The position numbers were made by a program, and so were the translations under genes. DNA of 64,000 bases from Mizuhopecten yessoensis (Eukaryota). Below are positions 37,263 through 50,100 of this stretch, piece by piece (positions within the stretch are counted from its first letter, which is position 1; the number at the start of each line of letters is the position of its first letter). Location of the stretch: contig NW_018408642.1 in assembly GCF_002113885.1 (NCBI RefSeq), forward strand, positions 211,064 to 275,063, read 5' to 3'. The notes beneath the pieces were generated by a model that saw only the letters and a program-made list of their open reading frames with translations, had not been told where the DNA came from and ran no database searches.

Positions 37263-38662
37263 CTTGTAAGGTTAAAGCGGCGCTGCGAGAAATACGACAC
37301 AGAGAGTATGATCCGTTAGACTCTATATCTACACACAGTCCGATTCCCCCTCAGGGTAATGTTTCGCGTCAAAATTTGGGAGCCAGTGCCAGACCATCCC
37401 TCGACACACCTAGCTATCTCCTGTTTCGTGAGAACAGGTCGTACCATGGTAGTAATAGTGTGTATAGCGTGAACCAGATACTCAACTTGTAGATCCTCGC
37501 CCTCAACAAGGTCAAGCCAATTGCCACTCCGAATTTAACATAGGTGCATCACATCCTCTCCACATACTTGCTTTGAACCCTCGGGCAGATACTCAACTTG
37601 CAGATGCTCGCCCACAACAAGACCAAGTCAACTTCTGCTCTGCATTTACAAAGCTTATGGTGAAAAAGGACCTGTTATTGTCAAGATTGTCTACATTCAA
37701 CGACAAGGCTGAATTCTTTGCTGTTTGGAAGACTACCTTCAAAGGTGTGATGTCAGACTTGCTTTAGATGTTGTGGCCCTACTAAACACTTGGCGAAGGA
37801 CTGTGAGGAAAACGTGACTTGTGATATTTGTGAAAGTAAGAAAAACCCTACCGCCCTCCACATCGACAACAAAACATGGCGGTCCCCTGGAACGCATCAC
37901 GAAGTGGAGTTCGAGAACGAGGCCTCTGTAACGGGCGATCGAGAGTCAGGAGTCACCTCTATGTGTACCCAAGTTTGTGGTAAGGGAACCAACGGAAAGA
38001 CATGTGAAAAGATAGTTCTAGTCAATGTATACCCTAAAGGTAACCCTGAGAGGTCACTGCAGACTTACGTAATCATAGACGACCAGAGTAATCGTTCCCT
38101 GGCTAGACCTAGGTTCTTCGACCATTTTGACGAACATGGGGACATGATTGAATATGGTCTTTCATCATGTGCTGGTTACACCACTGCCTCTGGCAGGAGA
38201 GCTTCTGGCTACACCATCGATGCGCTGGACAATTCCATCAGATTGTCGCTTCCAACCTTAATAGAATGTAATCAGATTCCAGACGTACGCGAAGAGATCC
38301 CTACGTATGAATCAGCAGTGCACCATCACCATCTCCAAGAGATAGCCGGAAATATTCCCTCCATCATGTACTGGATCATCGAATCGGGCCCCAGAATGCT
38401 CCTTAAGCCCAGCGACTGTGTTTAGGGAATGTTCATCGGCCCGACGTTCTAAACGTCAACAAGACCTACACACTACAGGACGGTAGGACCTCGTTATTTA
38501 CTGCATGTCCTAACGGCTTTGAACTCGATACCGATCCCGACACATATCATTCGGTTTTCCAAGGCCAAGTGGAGATGAAAAAATTGGACCGTCCATTGAA
38601 GACCAGGAATTATTGCGGATAATGCACTCAGAGTTCCAAAGGGACACAGATGGAAACTTGAT

Positions 38663-38700
<38 letters not shown>

Positions 38701-41700
38701 NNNNNNNNNNNNNNNNNNNNNNNNNNNNNNNNNNNNNNNNNNNNNNNNNNNNNNNNNNNNNNNNNNNNNNNNNNNNNNNNNNNNNNNNNNNNNNNNNNNN
38801 NNNNNNNNNNNNNNNNNNNNNNNNNNNNNNNNNNNNNNNNNNNNNNNNNNNNNNNNNNNNNNNNNNNNNNNNNNNNNNNNNNNNNNNNNNNNNNNNNNNN
38901 NNNNNCCCCCCTGCCTTTCCGGACTGTTCGACCTAGACTACCCAATAACAAGTGTCAAGCGATGAGACGAGCCAATTCACTTGACGCCAGCCTACACAGA
39001 GACCAAGGTATTGGACGATGAACACGCTGAGATAGCCCCAGCCTTATCAGACGAGGAGGAATGCTGGTACTTACCATTATTCGGCGTCTATGACGCCAAC
39101 AAACCTGACCAAATACGAGACGTATTCGACTCGTCGGCCAAACACCATGATGTCTCGTTGAACGGTGTTCTCCTTTCGGGACCTGATCTCACCAACAACC
39201 TCCTTGGAGTCCTCCTTCGCTTAAGAAAGGAGGCCGTATCTATCACAGCCGACGTCCAGTAGATGTTTCATTGTTTTCGAGTCAAACAAGAGCATAGGAA
39301 CTTTTTAAGATTCCTTTGGTACAAAGATAATGACCCAGACAAGGAACTGATTGACTATCGCATGACGGTCCATGTTTTTGGGAATAGTCCCTCTCTGTCG
39401 GTGGCTACCTTCGGGCTAAGGAAGGCTGTTGAAACCGCCGATACCGATGTTAGAGAATTTGTTGGACGCGACTTTTATGTTGACGACGGGTTAACTTCGT
39501 GCGCAGAGGAATCAGAGGCTATCAACCTTATTGAAAAGACCAAGAAATCCCTCCTAGAGGGTGGTAACATGAGGCTCCATATAATTGCTTCCAACAGTGA
39601 GGTCGTACTGAATGCGTTCGAACCCATTGCCTTAGCAAAGAACATCAAGGACCTTGACCTCAACACTGATACCCCTCCATTACAGAGAAGTCTGGGGCTC
39701 AACTGGAACATCATGTCAGACACCTTCACCTTCAAAACAGCTGCAGGCATCAATGATAAACCCTACACGAGACGTGGGGTATTGTCTGTGGTGAACAGTC
39801 TTTTCGATCCCATTGGATTTGTCGCCCCTGTAGTGATTTAAGGCAAACTACTCTTACGAAATTTAATGTCCAACTCCTTGGATTGGGACGAACCCCTACC
39901 GACGGACCGACAAGCTGAGTGGGACGTATGAAGAGAATCCCTCTTCCTATTGGAAAGCGTCCACATTCCGCGATCGTATACGGATCTACTCTCTACAGAG
40001 GTCGTGAGAAAAGAAATCCACATATTTTCTGATGCATCAAAGGAAGCCATTGGAGCAGTTTCGTATGTGAAAATATTTGAACCAAGTGTAAAACATCGCA
40101 TCGGATTTCTACTCGGAAAGGTCAATGTCGCGCCTACTCATGGACACACTATCCCCAGACTCGAACTCTGTGCTGCTGTCCTCGCGGTTGAGATTTGGGA
40201 GACGTTACTAGAACAGTTAAACTTCACTGTGGACTTTGCACACTTCCACACAGACAGCAAGGTAGTACTTGGGTACATTAACAACGAACGCAGACGCTTT
40301 TACGTGTACGTTGGTAATAGAGTCGACCGAATAAGACGGTCGACTGTGCCAGATCAATGGAACTATGTGCCCACAGAATTAAACCCAGCGGACCAAGCTA
40401 CAAGAACTGTGTATGCAGGTAAAATCCAAGATAGTGCCTGGCTCCAAGGACCGGCCTTCCTCAAAGAATATGAGATTACCCAGAAGAAGGACTTCCCTTT
40501 AGTGGACTCTGAACATGACAAGGATGTTAGACCAGAAGTAAACGCCATTAAAACATCTGTTGCCTCTCCAGATGGACTGGGTTCTGACGATCTGGCCATC
40601 ACTCCAGTTGGAATAGACTCGTGGAATCAATCGCCTACCTTTAACACCTCGCCAGGAGTTTCACTCGGTGTAGTAGGCAGGCCGAGTCTTGTCGTGGTTG
40701 GCATCTATGTGCCTCCCACAGAACAGTAAGTTCATACGAAGAATCTGAGCGCTTTGTGATTAAGGAAGCACATCGAGATCAATATGTGAGAGAGATACAA
40801 TGTGTCATGGAGGGGAGACCACTCCCGAATAATAGCACAATACTCTCATTGTCCCGTATCGTCGATGCGAATGGCGTTCTAAGAGTCGGCGGTCATCTCA
40901 ATAAGGCCACACGAACCCTGCCTACCAGCGAAACCAACTCTATCATTGTGCCAAAACGCAGACCCATCGCCAAACTCATCATTAGACATTTTCATGAGTC
41001 AGTCCTCCACCAGGGAAGACACATCACAGAAGGTGCCGTAAGAGCAGCAGGGTTCTGGAACATCGGTGGGAAACGTCTTGTGTCCTCCCTCATACATAGC
41101 TGTGTTCAATGTAGAAGGCTTCGAGGTCAAGTGGAGCGCCAAAAGATGTCTGACTTGCCTATTGACCGGTTGAAACCCAACCCACCTTTTACATACGTGG
41201 GAGTCGACACCTTTGGACCCTGGTCCATCGTCACCCGCAAGACCAGGGGAGAGTCCGCCCAAAACAAACGATGGACTATACTGTTCACTTGTTTGGTCAC
41301 CCGGGCTATCCATATTGAAGTGGTTGAGGAACTCAGCAGTGCGTCATTTATCAACGCGTTAAGGAGATTTACAGCGATCAGGGGCAGTGTTAAACTATTC
41401 CGCTCTGACTGGGGAACCAATTTTGTTGGAGCTGTCAACCCGTTGGAGATCGACACAATCAACGTGGAGGATGGACCGGTGGAAGCATGTCCAGGTGCCT
41501 GCCAACGATTTCTGGAGACGTTGGAGACATGAGTACCTCCACACTCTTCAGAAGCGTGAGAAATGGAATGATGACCGTCCCAACCGCAAGAAAGGAGGCA
41601 TTGTCTTACTCAAGTACTCCCAGGTCGCCAGAAACAACTGGCCACTAGTTGTTGTGGAGCTTGTGTTCGCCAGCGATGACTCACGTTTGAGAAAGGCGCA

Positions 41701-41780
41701 GATTCGTGTTTCTAGAGACGGAAAAACTGACAAGGTTCCTGATGCCCATATCTGACCTCATCCTCCTGGTCTCTGAGTGA
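37263..41780 (+). mobile_element. BEL/Pao LTR retrotransposon gag-pol, 5'-truncated pseudogene
   Basis: Gag Cys/His knuckles (CDICESKK.PTALH), protease IDDQSNRSL, RT HVFGNSPS and FYVDDGL, RNase H IHIFSDAS and TIPRLEL, integrase H..H/C..C, GVDTFGPW, RSDWGTNF, and C-terminal FWRRW..EYL; many stops, frameshifts and deletions. Confidence 0.93.
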
Positions 41781-42414
41781 TTCCTAGTGTTAGCGATGAC
41801 TCTCAATCACCTTAATGCAAAGGATTATTACTTATCATTTCGAAGAATTTTAGTGACATTGAATTTGTCTTGTTTATCGTTGCGATTTCTAGTCGAAATC
41901 TATATGTGTAGATCTATAGTGATTTTTTCCGGTCAAGTCAGAAGGGGTTATGCCTTACGTTTTTTTACCAGTGCACTGTGCGGTACATTTGTGCACAACT
42001 CTAGGGATGTTCTAGTCTGGGACCTTTATAATCGCAGTCCGCTTAGATTTATCGCCCTTGCGAACTTCCGTTTTCCTGCCGTTCACAGGCATGGTTCTTC
42101 TCAGGAAGATTTTTGCTATCATTTCGTTACATGGCATTGTGTGCTACTGCCACCACAGAGTAAGTGATTACAATGAAAAGATACTTTTGTTTCATAAACA
42201 TTTCATGACATTGATTTCAGTGACATTTCATAAACATTGCGATATCCCATCATATAATGTTCCTTGGTTATTGTGAGACATTGTTGTGAGATATACTGCC
42301 AAATGGCATTCAAATGTTCTGGTACTTATTTTAACATCGTCCCTTTGTTGTAACAGTTTTATACCCTCTCTGGAGGATTGGCGACATTAATGATTATACA
42401 AAAACCAACACGTC

Positions 42415-42625
42415 TTTTGGAGTTGTTACAATCAGAATCCATCATCATCATACTCATCATCATTATACCATCATCATCACTATCGTCATCATCCTAATCC
42501 TAATCATCATCATTCAATCATCACCATAATCATACAGTCATCATCTTCATTCATCATTCAATCTTTATCGTCATTCTTAATCATCAAAACCATAATGATA
42601 TCACCATCATCATCATCATTCCAGA
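42415..42625. repeat. Degenerate (CAT)n microsatellite
   Basis: Read directly. Confidence 0.85.
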
Positions 42626-43009
42626 TTCACAATATTATGCTCGCATTTAAAATCACCCAATTATTTGCTGTATACATCAATTCACATGTACATACACAGC
42701 CATGAGAGGACGGTATGATTGCAACTTGCAACTGGGAATACGAGTAAAGGTTATGTAACAAGTGAGCTGATTTTATCAGGTTATTTATATATATGTCCAA
42801 TAGAGTTAAAGCGCCTGTTCGGGGAAAAAATCTATGTTTGCTGAAATTGCACATATAATGTTTAAAATACTTCCTTATGAAAGAAAGCGATTCAAATTTT
42901 GGTGAAATTCACTCCCTGGAAGTAAAAATTATAATCATTTTAACAAAATCCTAAATCGTCATCTGACAGTCTAAAACTCTCACTTGACCCAGATCAGTGA
43001 TGGCCAGTT

Positions 43010-43860
43010 GCTGAAGGAGTTGTGCAAGGTTACTGGTGTCGCAAAGTCTCACACTGCGCCCTACCACCCCATGGGAAATGGACTTTGTGAATGATTTAAC
43101 CGTACCTTGATCAGCATGCTCAGGACGATCGAACAGGATCAGAAGAAGGATTGGAAGGAACACATTTCATCGCTTGTCCATGCATATAACTGCACCCGAC
43201 ACGAGTCAACTGGACAGTCTCCTTATTTTTTGATGTTCGGAAGGAACCCGCGGTTACCTGTGGATCTCGCTTTCGGGCTTGATTTCGGCCATAAGGAGAC
43301 ATCTATGACTGCCTACGTCGGAGATCTACGATAGTGTTTGAAGAAAGCGTATGAACTAGCTTCAGCCAATATATCTAAAGCCCAGTCAAAACAGGAAAAA
43401 AACGATGACACTAAAGTTCGAGGAACTACTGTCGCTATCGGAGATCGTGTGCTGGTGAAGGTTGTTGCCTTCGATGGCAGGCATAAGTTGGCCAACAAGT
43501 GGGAGGAAGAACCCTACATTGTGACTGGACAACCCAACGCCGAGATACCAGCATACACTGTGAAGAAGGAGAATGGCGAGGGAAAAGTGCGAACTTTACA
43601 CCGGAACCTACTTCTTCCGATCAATTATATTTCCGGGTTTGATCAGCCTGTATCACTTCCCCGACAGACTTAACCCCCAGTGACACGCTCACGAAAGGCT
43701 GCTAAGGACGATTCGTCTGAGAGAAGTTCTTCCTGTTCGTCGTCGCCATCTGATGATGAGGTACTCTTGGTGGCTGTTGACCATCCCACAGATGTCGCAG
43801 CCGGTGCCACCGCTGGAGATACCTCAGGGGATAGAGAAGTGTCCGGTATAGAGGTCAGTA
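43010..43860 (+). mobile_element. Ty3/Gypsy integrase C-terminal fragment (decayed)
   Basis: TAPYHPMGNGLCE*FNRTL, LVHAYNCTRHESTGQSPYFLMFGRNPRLPVD, GDRVLVK..KLANKWEEEPY..RTLHRNLLLP. Confidence 0.9.
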
Positions 43861-43861
43861 G

Positions 43862-44156
43862 TGTGACGTCAGTATATATCTATCATCTGATTGGCTATTG
43901 GCGCGCGATAATTTGTATGACTAGGTAGATGAGAGAGCGACGACAACGACGACTGACAAGAATATAAGTGAGGTATAACCTGAGTTCTCGATTTACAAAC
44001 TTACCTGACGATCTTTTCTATTTGTCACTTCTCCTGTCCGTCGTGCGGTATTTCCCGCGAGCTGTATCTGCTATTATGTGTACAGTATTCTATATTATTT
44101 TAAATAAAACATGTATGTGTGCGTACGCTAGGTTTACCTGTGTGACCGCCATTACA
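43862..44156 (+). mobile_element. LTR-like segment
   Basis: TGTGACG...ATTACA termini, TATA-like stretches and AATAAA at 44103; no matching TSD. Confidence 0.45.
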
Positions 44157-45029
44157 CCGGCTGGTACGATTGTGTTTATATTCCATATCTTATTATTTGT
44201 ATTGTTTATGTTTACAGACTTGAATATATGTACAGACTAATACATGAGCTGGACATATTGTAAAGCCTTCAACCAAACAGAGGTGATTATTTCATTAGAA
44301 GTCATACTATTCCCAATATGTATATATCCTTTTGAATTTCCCGTCATAGTGTACGTCCGTAAATAGTTTTCACCATTTATGAGTAACGTCAACAGTAAAT
44401 GCCAAAAGGCCATACACTTATAATATAATATATGTGTAACGATAAATTGTAATCAATATTATAACTAATAGATAAGGAAATAGTATATGTCCTATTTCCA
44501 ATTCAGTATTTGTTATTATATAATCCCCGGTTAAACGTACGTATTTTACAGCTAAGTGCTAATTGTCAGATTGTACTCGTATCTGTTATATAAGTATCGA
44601 TAGCGTTAGGTGTATGCGTAGTAAAGTTTGTATCGTTGCAAGGTAAGATTTACCTACAATAAAACCACTGGTTCGTTATCAAAACGTCGACCTTGGGTTG
44701 TTTCATTAATGTGAATGGTTTTGTTGGCAAACAGTACCTTTAAGATGTTATTAGGGCGCATATGTTATCAGTGTCTAGCAAAAACGTAAATTTATGGGAA
44801 ACTGAAACCCTCCCTCATGTCTGTTTTGTCCGTTTTTAGTGGGGCCCCTTTGGGGTAATTTGGAACTTTTTAATGTATAGACAAAACATAATTTAGTTTG
44901 GGGTGGTTTTCGAAATTATTAGTTATCTTTATTATTTTACACGTAATTTTATTTTTAGTGTTATGATATAAGATAAGGGTTTTCATAACATCAATTAGTA
45001 AATTGTAAGGCCTCTCAGACAAGTATAAC

Positions 45030-45373
45030 TTATTTATAATTCTCCTACATCTAAGACGTTAGAGATACATGTATATGTAATAAAGGGCAAAATTGACTGC
45101 ATGAAAATACAGATTATACTCTGCTGATAGTGATTATAAACTTCTACCACAATACGCTGTGTAATACGCAGACTGTTAGATAAATATGAGTTATATACCA
45201 CTTATTTATAATTCTCCTACATCTAAGACGTTAGAGATACATGTATATGTAATAAAGGGCAAAATTGACTGCATGAAAATACAGATTATACTCTGCTGAT
45301 AGTGATTATAAACTTCTACCACAATACGCTGTGTAATACGCAGACTGTTAGATAAATTTGAGTTATATACCAC
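45030..45373. repeat. 172-bp tandem duplication
   Basis: Near-identical copies starting at about 45030 and 45202. Confidence 0.92.
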
Positions 45374-46266
45374 ACGTGGTATATGACCTTCAAGAGTTTT
45401 GATTGGTCGAAAAGATGAACTTTGACCGGGAAGACTTTTTCCACGTGCTTTTTGCCACCTGCTGTTTTGTTTACGTCGTCGGCTGTCAACATCCGACAAA
45501 TGTTGGTGACTTTGTGAGGTTATGCGGAAAGGGGTGTTATTAAGGCAATATTAAAAGATGATGCTTAAAGATTTGATCGCTAGTTTCAGGCAAAATTGCT
45601 ACGAACGCTCGATATCGTTTCGACGTCACACTGTCGCGTGTCCAGGTCGTGAAACCAAAACAAGATCTGTCACAGTGTCGGGAAATATTTCGTTCTCCCA
45701 ACGTCCCGTTATCGCTATTTAAACGGTCTAACTATGGCTGAACTTTCACTATAAACGTCAACCATAGAACCGTCACGAAGAAACGTAGGCCTATGGTTTT
45801 GGATATTGACCGCGATAAGTTCGTCTACAACGGTTCATCACTTGGCGGGAGGCAGACTTCGTACGATATGCTTACGCGCATATAGTCCGTGGTTAATTTA
45901 TCCAAATTAATGCAATACTACTACTCTCAATATTCAAAGTCGTTCATCTATTTTATTTTTTCACGAAGTAGTTGCCGAAACATTAATTTTGACAATAATT
46001 AAATTTGTAAAAAGAAAAGTCATTTTTGAATATTAATGAGTGACTCTTTACAAATGGGTCATATCACTACGCCAGCCTTGTCAAAAACACGTGTGTGTAT
46101 GTTATTTCCGACTGATCATAAGATTGTGGTAGAAACAGATCACACGACTCGTGGTTGTTGAGTATGGTATTTATTTCACTCCCGTTAGTTAATTTTCAAA
46201 AGTTACAGAAAGACACTCGCTAAAGCTCGTGACTTTTGTAACCACTCGTTGTGTAACCTCTATATA
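45360..46266. mobile_element. Putative non-autonomous Crypton-like element
   Basis: Ends CCTCTATATA (reverse complement TATATAGAGG, as at 26101), subterminal CACTCGCTAAAGCTCGTG, and GATTGGTC near the other end (cf. GACCAATC at 27901). Confidence 0.4.
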
Positions 46267-46863
46267 TCTACAGTACATGTGAATTATTTAATAATGTTCA
46301 TGGATCCTGAATTCATTAAACTTTGTTTATATTGACAATATTGACGGAGGAAGGTCTAAAGATGAAGATGAAGTTTGTTATATATACTGCAAAAATAAAT
46401 ATTTCCCGTTAGAAATTTCCTACAATTTGTCCAGGTTCAAGGAGAGTGCATGTACATGTGACTCCTATAGCTAATAAAACATCCACCACTGGTGGGGGGT
46501 ATCATAAAATTCAGTTATTTTTTAATATTTCTTAAATTGCGATAAAGATACTGTCACACACACAAGATACAAATCAACCTTAAACACTCACTATACTAAC
46601 TATGCAATTAAAAGTAAAAGAAAGGAAATTCGTCTTTATTGAATACACAAAGTTCCCACTGACACGATGTACTCTGAAGGAGACCATATTCTGATTGTGA
46701 TTCCTCGGTAGCAAAGCATAAACGCCCACATCCGTCAACCAATTTGCTTGGTGACAATCACGTGACCAAAGGCCCACCGGAACCTATGAACCTTTGTCGT
46801 TTTCGGCTGTCCTTACCGAGTATCTGTCTACAAATTGTTTTTCTCATAAATCTCATTACCGTT

Positions 46864-47178
46864 TTACTTGTGAGATTTTGATTTATTTACCTTGACGAAT
46901 GAGACCTCGTAGCATCCGTACAGTCTGCGGTTGTGTACGGGTGATTTGTAGGTACACTGCATATTGCGTCCAGTCCAGAAAACGCGATACCCCTCCAGGT
47001 ACAGGTCACGAAATATTAGAAGCTTATGAACCCAATATTCTCTCAAGGGACTATCATAGTTCGCGTGCAACTCCACCAGAAGCTGCTTGACGTCAGTTAG
47101 TTGTGATGTCCTCAACATGTCGGGTAGGACATCCCACTCAAAGGCCTCTATGTCCATCTTTATGACGTCAGGGGCACG
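46864..47178 (-). CDS. METTL24: METTL24-like terminal exon
   Basis: ttacag|RAPDVIKMDIEAFEWDVL...GCYEVSFVKVNKSKSHK*. Confidence 0.92.
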   Translation of the reverse strand, partial: RAPDVIKMDIEAFEWDVLPDMLRTSQLTDVKQLLVELHANYDSPLREYWVHKLLIFRDLYLEGYRVFWTGRNMQCTYKSPVHNRRLYGCYEVSFVKVNKSKSHK

Positions 47179-50100
47179 CTGTAACGATAACAGAACAAGA
47201 CAAAATTTCAGCAAAAATGAGACCATCGCCATGAATAATAGACGTACCACTTTGGTCTACATTTTCCATCTCCTATAGAAGCCCAAAGATTTTATTTTAG
47301 TGTATGTAACCGCTTATTTCCTATGAAGAAGGCGCGCCCCTTGTTATATGTTTCACGTTCCTTGTACATATGCGGCTATGAATATATAATCGCGAATTTC
47401 CCTCATTCATTTTCATTTTACGCATTTCAGTCAGAATAGTACATTAACAGGATAAGCAACAGACTAGACATATGTTACTTCTCTCCTACCAAAGGTCAAG
47501 TGCATCGTAGAATACGTTTTAAAATTATGAACAAATCTGCTGCTTCAACCATTTAGAAAACAAAAAAAAAAACCTCTTCTAGAAATATATGTGCTTTATC
47601 TAGATAGTACTGATATAGTGTTTTTTTCTGGATTTCAATCTTTTTTGATCATTTATATATCAACAAGTTATTGTTCCTATGGGAACAGTGGCTGTTTAAC
47701 ATGTCTACATTAATTTATTTGGCGAGTAATGTTATATGTAAACATTTCGTTTATTTCATCTGGAGTGATATTTTCAGTTAAACATGTTTAATTGTAATAT
47801 ATAATTAAGAAAGAGAAAGAGAGAGAGAGAGATAGAGAGAGGCAGAGACAGAACGAGACAGAGAGAGAGGTCCCTTTCCTAATGACAGTATTGATGTATG
47901 ACCGTTTACATTGTTGAACCATGGCAGTCCGTTGCCACTGCTTTTATCACGCTGCTCCTGCATTTAACGTTGCTAATAGCAATTCTCGTCGCCATCGTTC
48001 ACTTCTTGCTTTTTTCGTTATTTTGACGTGACCTAGCCCCCTCCCTATCCCGCGCTATGTTGTTGCCCTTACTAAGCCTCGTTTACTTACGCTAACATGG
48101 CGAAGCTCCTCCCGAATACCTTTAAGCGTACTCATTTTCCAGCCTACCGTTTCGTTACTGATACCATTATAATCTGATAGGCCAGTTGCGTGAAAAAATA
48201 CGGACGGGTTGCGTACGTGATCTTTCTGGTGCATGCTGCGAAATAACAATAGGATACAATAATCAATAATCAAGTATTGAGGTACATGTACTTCAACTTA
48301 ACTCTAGCTTATTTTTATTTATTTAAATCACATTTTATTATTAGTAATAGAATAAATTACCCAAATCTGTCAGTGCCCGTTACTCACCTAGGATCAAAGG
48401 AGTGCACCTCGCATCCAAATACTGACGCCATTTCATCATCAAACGAAAAGTCAAAATGTATTCTGAAAGTAACAAGGGTACGTAAGGATTGCACTTTATG
48501 TTAACCGGAAGTAGCGTCGTTATCCTAATGTAGATATTGGTCCTGTGTAACCCTGCCTAAGTCTGCCGTAAGAAAAAGACATCTTATTACTAGCGTTAGA
48601 TATAGTTGGGTCTGGGTTTTTTTCTGTTTCATTTATTGAAAATCGATCTAAAATTACTACAAAGTTGATGACGTTAATAGAGAAGAATCTATCAATTTAC
48701 CAACCCGACAAAATGTTGTAAAATTAAGATGACTGCAGTTTACTTAGAAACAGTGTTAGATGAAGGTATTAACAGTCACAGGATTCCTTACCCAAATGAG
48801 TAAACAAGACAGGCGTGCTTTTTTATCTCGTCACTACACACGTCCCATCCTCCGTCCATGGTGTTGCCCATGCGCACAGACCGCTTACAGGGGCTCTGGA
48901 TCGTACTAAAATACCTGTGACGTTACAACATGAATTATACTTTTATTATTTAAAGTGTTCATCAGATTTAAGAAACATAAGAACCTAAATTAAGCATTCA
49001 AACATTATTACCACGTTGTTCTGAAAGATTGACGAATCAAGCAAGGAATAAAACCGGAAGTCGCAGTAGAGGAGCAATAAAGATAACGCAGCAATCCACA
49101 CTGCACTTCTTGTCTTATACACATTGTTAAAAGGCCCTCTCATTAAAAAAAAATCTCTTTTAAAAGTGATTTATATTTAAAGTATAAGAGAGGTAGAGGT
49201 CATTGTTGTAGTTGTATGATTTTGTTTGTGAGGTCCATGACTTTATTATTACGCGACATCAACATGAATCGGAGAAATTGTATGCTAGAGTCCCTCGATG
49301 TTATAATTCCCTATGCCCATAAACCATTCCGAAAAGCAGACGTAGGTCTTACTTTAATACATATTTAAGAACGTACGTGTGATGGTACATTTCCAGATCC
49401 TCGAAAGACATGCTACAAAGCGTGTCCCTGCCTGGTGGGGGTCCATTGCCTATCTCAAGTGTCTTCTTCAAAGTTTCGGTCAGATTCACATTAGTGGAAC
49501 CAATTGGGGGACAGGCAGGGAAAACAAATTTTCGCTGTAAATGTAACATTAAACCAGAATAACTAAAGCAAAACAGCAGTAGAATAGGAAGAAGAGTGAG
49601 TAATGAGTAAAGAAACTATAGAGATCGCAAGTGTTGTAACAGGGGTAGTAGAGCAATTTTGGATTCTTGTTTCTGCAATGTCCCTTTAGCAGTAGACACA
49701 AAAGATTCATGTATTCCTGTAGGATTAGAGTCTCCGGTGTTGTCGACGTCACCTAAAATGTACATGTAAGTCAAAAGCAAGTCATACAATTTTCTGAAAG
49801 AGAGAACAATGGTGATGACACCAAACCAACAAGATATATTAACATATGGATTTTTATAACCAACAAAATATATTAACATATGGACTTCTATAACCAACAA
49901 CATATATTAACATATGGACTTCTATAACCAACAACATATATTAACATATGGACTTCTATAACCAACAAGATATATTAACATATGGACTTCTATAACCAAC
50001 AAGATATATTAACATATGGACTTCTATAACCAACAAGATATATTAACATATGGACTTCTATAACCAACAAGATATATTAACATATGGACTTCTATAACCA

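Noticed and set aside
38613-39021. Poly-proline and poly-glycine proteins
   Set aside because: Artefacts of the poly-C run and N gap within the BEL element.
49549-49752. Extra METTL24-like exon after the ttttag acceptor at 49753
   Set aside because: No in-phase GT donor was found, and the flanking exons already join in phase 0.
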